NCBI RefSeq assembly: GCF_006345805.1
Contig: NC_043000.1
Span: forward strand, 868,001-932,000
Reading direction: 5' to 3'
DNA length: 64,000 nucleotides
Origin: Octopus sinensis
Taxonomy: Eukaryota
Both the position numbers and the translations under genes were made by a program. Below, piece by piece: positions 60,480-64,000 of the stretch. The notes under the pieces were generated by a model. That model ran no database searches and was not told the origin of the DNA. It saw only the letters and a program-made list of their open reading frames with translations. Each line of letters opens with the position of its first letter. Position 1 is the first letter of the stretch.

Positions 60480-63198
60480 CTTTTATTCTTTTACTTATTT
60501 TGACTGCGGCCATGCTGGAGCACCACCATTTATAGTCGAGCATATCGACGCCCAGGACTTATTCTTTGTAAGCCTAGTACTTATTCTATCGGTCGCTCGG
60601 GCCGAACCTCTAGGTTACAGAGACGTAAACACATCAGCATCGGTTGTCAAGCGATGTTAGGTGGGGGGCAAACACAGACACACAAACGTATATACACACA
60701 TACAAATATAAATATATACGACGGGATTATTTCAGTTTCCGTCTACCAAATCCACTCACAAGGCTTTGGTCGGCCTGAGGCTATAGTAGAAGACACTTGC
60801 CCAAGGTGTCACGCTGTGGGACTGAACACGGAACCAGCCACTCCTACGCCTATACATATATATATATATATATAATATATATATATATATAAGTAAGGAA
60901 AAATTTCAGATTTTAACACTTTATTTATATTATTTTCTAATTATATAAATCTGCATAGACAATTGCATTTCAAATTGTCATATCATTTATAATAAAAATG
61001 ATAGTAATAACAACAATAGTAAAAATGATATTTAAAGAATATAAGTTTTAGCTTGAATGCATGGTATCTTTATATATTTGTGTTAGTCCATCCATGAAGA
61101 GTGAGGTACAAAAAGGAAGTTTGATCAACGAGGAGTTTGCATATTAAGATGTGTTTGGAATTTTTCAATAAAGAGATTCTCCTTGTTAATTCTCTCCTGT
61201 GTGGTGATCCCGTCTTTACATTGGTAGAAGGGGAATATATAGAATTTGGGGTTTAAGTCTTTAGCACATGAGTCTAAGTGGTCACTCAGTGGAATTTGTC
61301 GGTATTCCGGGAGATTTATTTGTTCTTTATGCACCGTTACTCGTTTACGTAACGGGAGACTCGTTTGTCCAACATAATTATGTTGGCAACCAGCGCATGT
61401 GAGAACGTAGATAAGGTTCTCGGAGGAACAGGAGAAGTTAGTCTTGATTTTAAACTTCGTACCTTGTTTGAAGGTAAATTCAGAGCCTTCAAGTAGAAAG
61501 GGGCAGGTACCACAGTTTGAGCGTGCACATTTTTTTACTGTTGGGGGTGGATGTGGTGTGTGGAGTTTGGCATTTGTCAAGAGTTTTTTTAAAGATTTGT
61601 GTTGCCTTTTACATTTGAGGATTTTGTGTGTATTTATGATGTTTTTCATTTTTGGGTCTGTTGACAGTAGACTGAGGTTTTGTATGATTGTGGTGTATGC
61701 TTCGATATTTTTGGGGTTGTGGGTGGAAATGTATGGAAGTATTTTGAGGTGTGTGTGGTGTTAGGTTGGGTGGTTTTCATGTAGTGTTGTCTAGTTCTTT
61801 GGCGCGTTTTATTCCATACTCTATAAGGGTGGAGGGATATATATATATATAATATATATATATATATCTATATATATATATAATATATATATATATAATA
61901 GTGCATGAAACATACACGAAGAGAAAACTACCACGTGGATTTCTTACATGCTAAAAATGGCAGTCGAAGCCTAAAACCACGGAAGAATATTCATACATTA
62001 AAGCACGTTGATTCGTACGTGAGCAAGTCGTTCGAGTGAATAAAATATAGTAGACATCATACTTAAAAGCATAATGCCCATTTTCAGCTCAATCCTAGTC
62101 TCGATTTGGCCACCATTAACCGTCAAAGCAAAATGTGCATACAATTTTTTGTCCAAGGACTGTTTTATGGATATAGATGAATGACGGGAAAATTATTTTC
62201 GCTATAAATCAATAAATAAACAATTATTAGCAGGGATCTGTTCAGTTTGGATCACAGATTTTTAAAATTAATTTTTTAAACTAAACAGGCGCAGGAGTGG
62301 CTGTGTGGTAAGTAGCTTGCTAACCAACCACATGGTTGCGGGTTCAGTCCCACTGCGTGGCATCTTGGGCAAGTGTCTTCTGCTATAGCCCCGGGCCAAC
62401 CAATGCCTTGTGAGTGGATTTGGTAGACGGAAACTGAAAGAAGCCTGTCGTATATATGTATATATATATATATATGTGTGTGTGTGTTTGTGTGTCTGTG
62501 TTTGTCCCCCTAGCATTGCTTGACAACCGATGCTGGTGTGTCTACGTCCCCGCCACTTAGCGGTTCGGCAAAAGAGACCGATAGAATAAGTACTGGGCTT
62601 ACAAAGAATAAGTCCCGGGGTCGATTTGATCGACTAAAGGCGGTGCTCCAGCATGGCCGCAGTCAAATGACTGAAACAAGTAAAAGAGTAAAGAGTAAAG
62701 AGTTTGAAACTTCCTATACTGGTGGAATGACTCACGTAGAACACGGTTTAATATGCAACACAGGCAGTAAACACATTTAGTAGAGATGAACCGGAAGTTG
62801 TTCCTCTTCTATTTCTATTGCAAACAGCAGTAGGTTTCTTCAACTGAATACAAGTCGTTGATTGGTTGAAATTACCCAAATACGGCAACTTTAATACGGC
62901 AAATATATTGGAACGGCTTGTTTTACCAATCTGTTAACAATTGAGCATGTGAATTTATGAACTGGTCAACAAAATGTTAATTTTTTTTTACTCTTTACTC
63001 TTTTACTTGTTTCAGTCATTTGACTGTGGCTATGTTGGAGCACCGCCTTTAGTCGAATCAAATCGATCCCAGGACTTATTCTTTGTAGGCCTAGTACTTA
63101 TTCTATCGGTCACTTTTGCCGAACCGCTAAGTGATGGGGACCTAAACACACCAGCATCGGTTGTCAAGCGATGGTGGGGAACAAACACAGACACACAA

Positions 63199-63272
<74 letters not shown>

Positions 63273-63960
63273 ACATATATACGACGGGCTTCTTCTATTT
63301 TCCGTCTACCATATCTACTCACAAGCTTTGGTCGAACCGAGGCTATAGTAGAAGACACTTGCCCGAGGTGTCACGCAGTGGCACTGAACACGGAACCATG
63401 TGGTTGGTAAGCAAGCTACTTACCACACAGTGCTATTTTGCTTTTAGATAAATATTTTAAGTTCATGCTATCGCAATGTTTGACGTTACAAAAGACCTGC
63501 TGTTTACTCTTTCTTGATAACAAATGCTTTTTGCAGGATGTTGACAAAATCATAGCTTCTAAATTCTGTTTCTTGACTGGGTGAAAATGATCAAACTTTA
63601 AACTTCTATAACTTTTTAAAACATTTTTTCTGAAAAAAGTGAAATAACTGTAGCAATTCACCTTGGAAAAGTATATTAATTTGCCAAATTTAAAAATTTT
63701 GAAATGCTGACAACCAAACCAAATAAATCCCTTCAAGCAATCTGTAGAAAATATAAGAAGCAACTTTCAGGAGCTATAGTGATTTATTGGTGCACATGGT
63801 TGTGAATGTTTCCCATAGGCGCAGGAGTGGCTGTGTGGTAAGTAGCTTGCTTACCAACCACAAGGTTCCGGGTTCAGTCCCACAGCGTGGTATCTTGGGT
63901 AAGTGTCTTCTACCATAGCCTCGGATTTGGTAGACGGAAACTCAAAGAAGCCCGCCGTAT
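60480..63960. mobile_element. Family C SINE copies: 60480-60850 (-), 62287-62700 (+), 62990-63430 (-), 63817-63960 (+, partial)
   Basis: Similarity to other copies. Confidence 0.88.
61125..61835 (-). mobile_element. 5'-truncated PLE fragment: GIY-YIG endonuclease with CxxC
   Basis: KKC..SNCGTC...NLIYVLTCAGCQHNYVGQT...RKR..VHK (ORF 61125-61649). Confidence 0.88.
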
Positions 63961-63966
63961 ATATGT

Positions 63967-64000
<34 letters not shown>

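Overview
AT-rich, microsatellite-dense animal genomic DNA, most likely an octopus or other coleoid cephalopod (inferred from the tRNA-derived SINE families and repeat landscape, not proven). Two host genes converge. On + are the last two coding exons of a divergent calmodulin-like gene (27943-28185, 29439-29467); its 5' exons were not found in the window. On - is an SLCO/OATP transporter gene (exons 60201-60115, 56060-55754, 54336-54112, 49648-49398) whose central exons are absent, with a 100-N gap at 52257-52356 in that interval. The rest is mostly mobile DNA: four SINE families (A-D, my labels), a decayed mariner, MITEs, CR1 and L1/Tx1-like relics, a truncated Helitron with an intact PIF1-type helicase ORF plus three non-autonomous Helitrons, a 2.1-kb 13-mer satellite, local tandem duplications and several Penelope-like elements (PLEs). 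The most striking pattern is a set of fold-back elements from four unrelated families, each made of two inverted PLE-type termini with their 3' ends pointing outward. Three carry type I hammerhead ribozyme motifs in both arms (intact in two, decayed in one); the fourth is tied to a hammerhead remnant in a homologous copy. One encloses an RT-less GIY-YIG cassette (2531-4961), one is ORF-less and lies just upstream of the calmodulin-like exon (26956-27740), one lies in SLCO intron 1 and one sits inside a SINE. Hammerheads in PLE termini are established; RT-less or ORF-less ribozyme fold-backs as mobile or regulatory units are the hypothesis worth testing. Coordinates were counted by hand (repeat edges approximate), and some frameshifts may be assembly errors.
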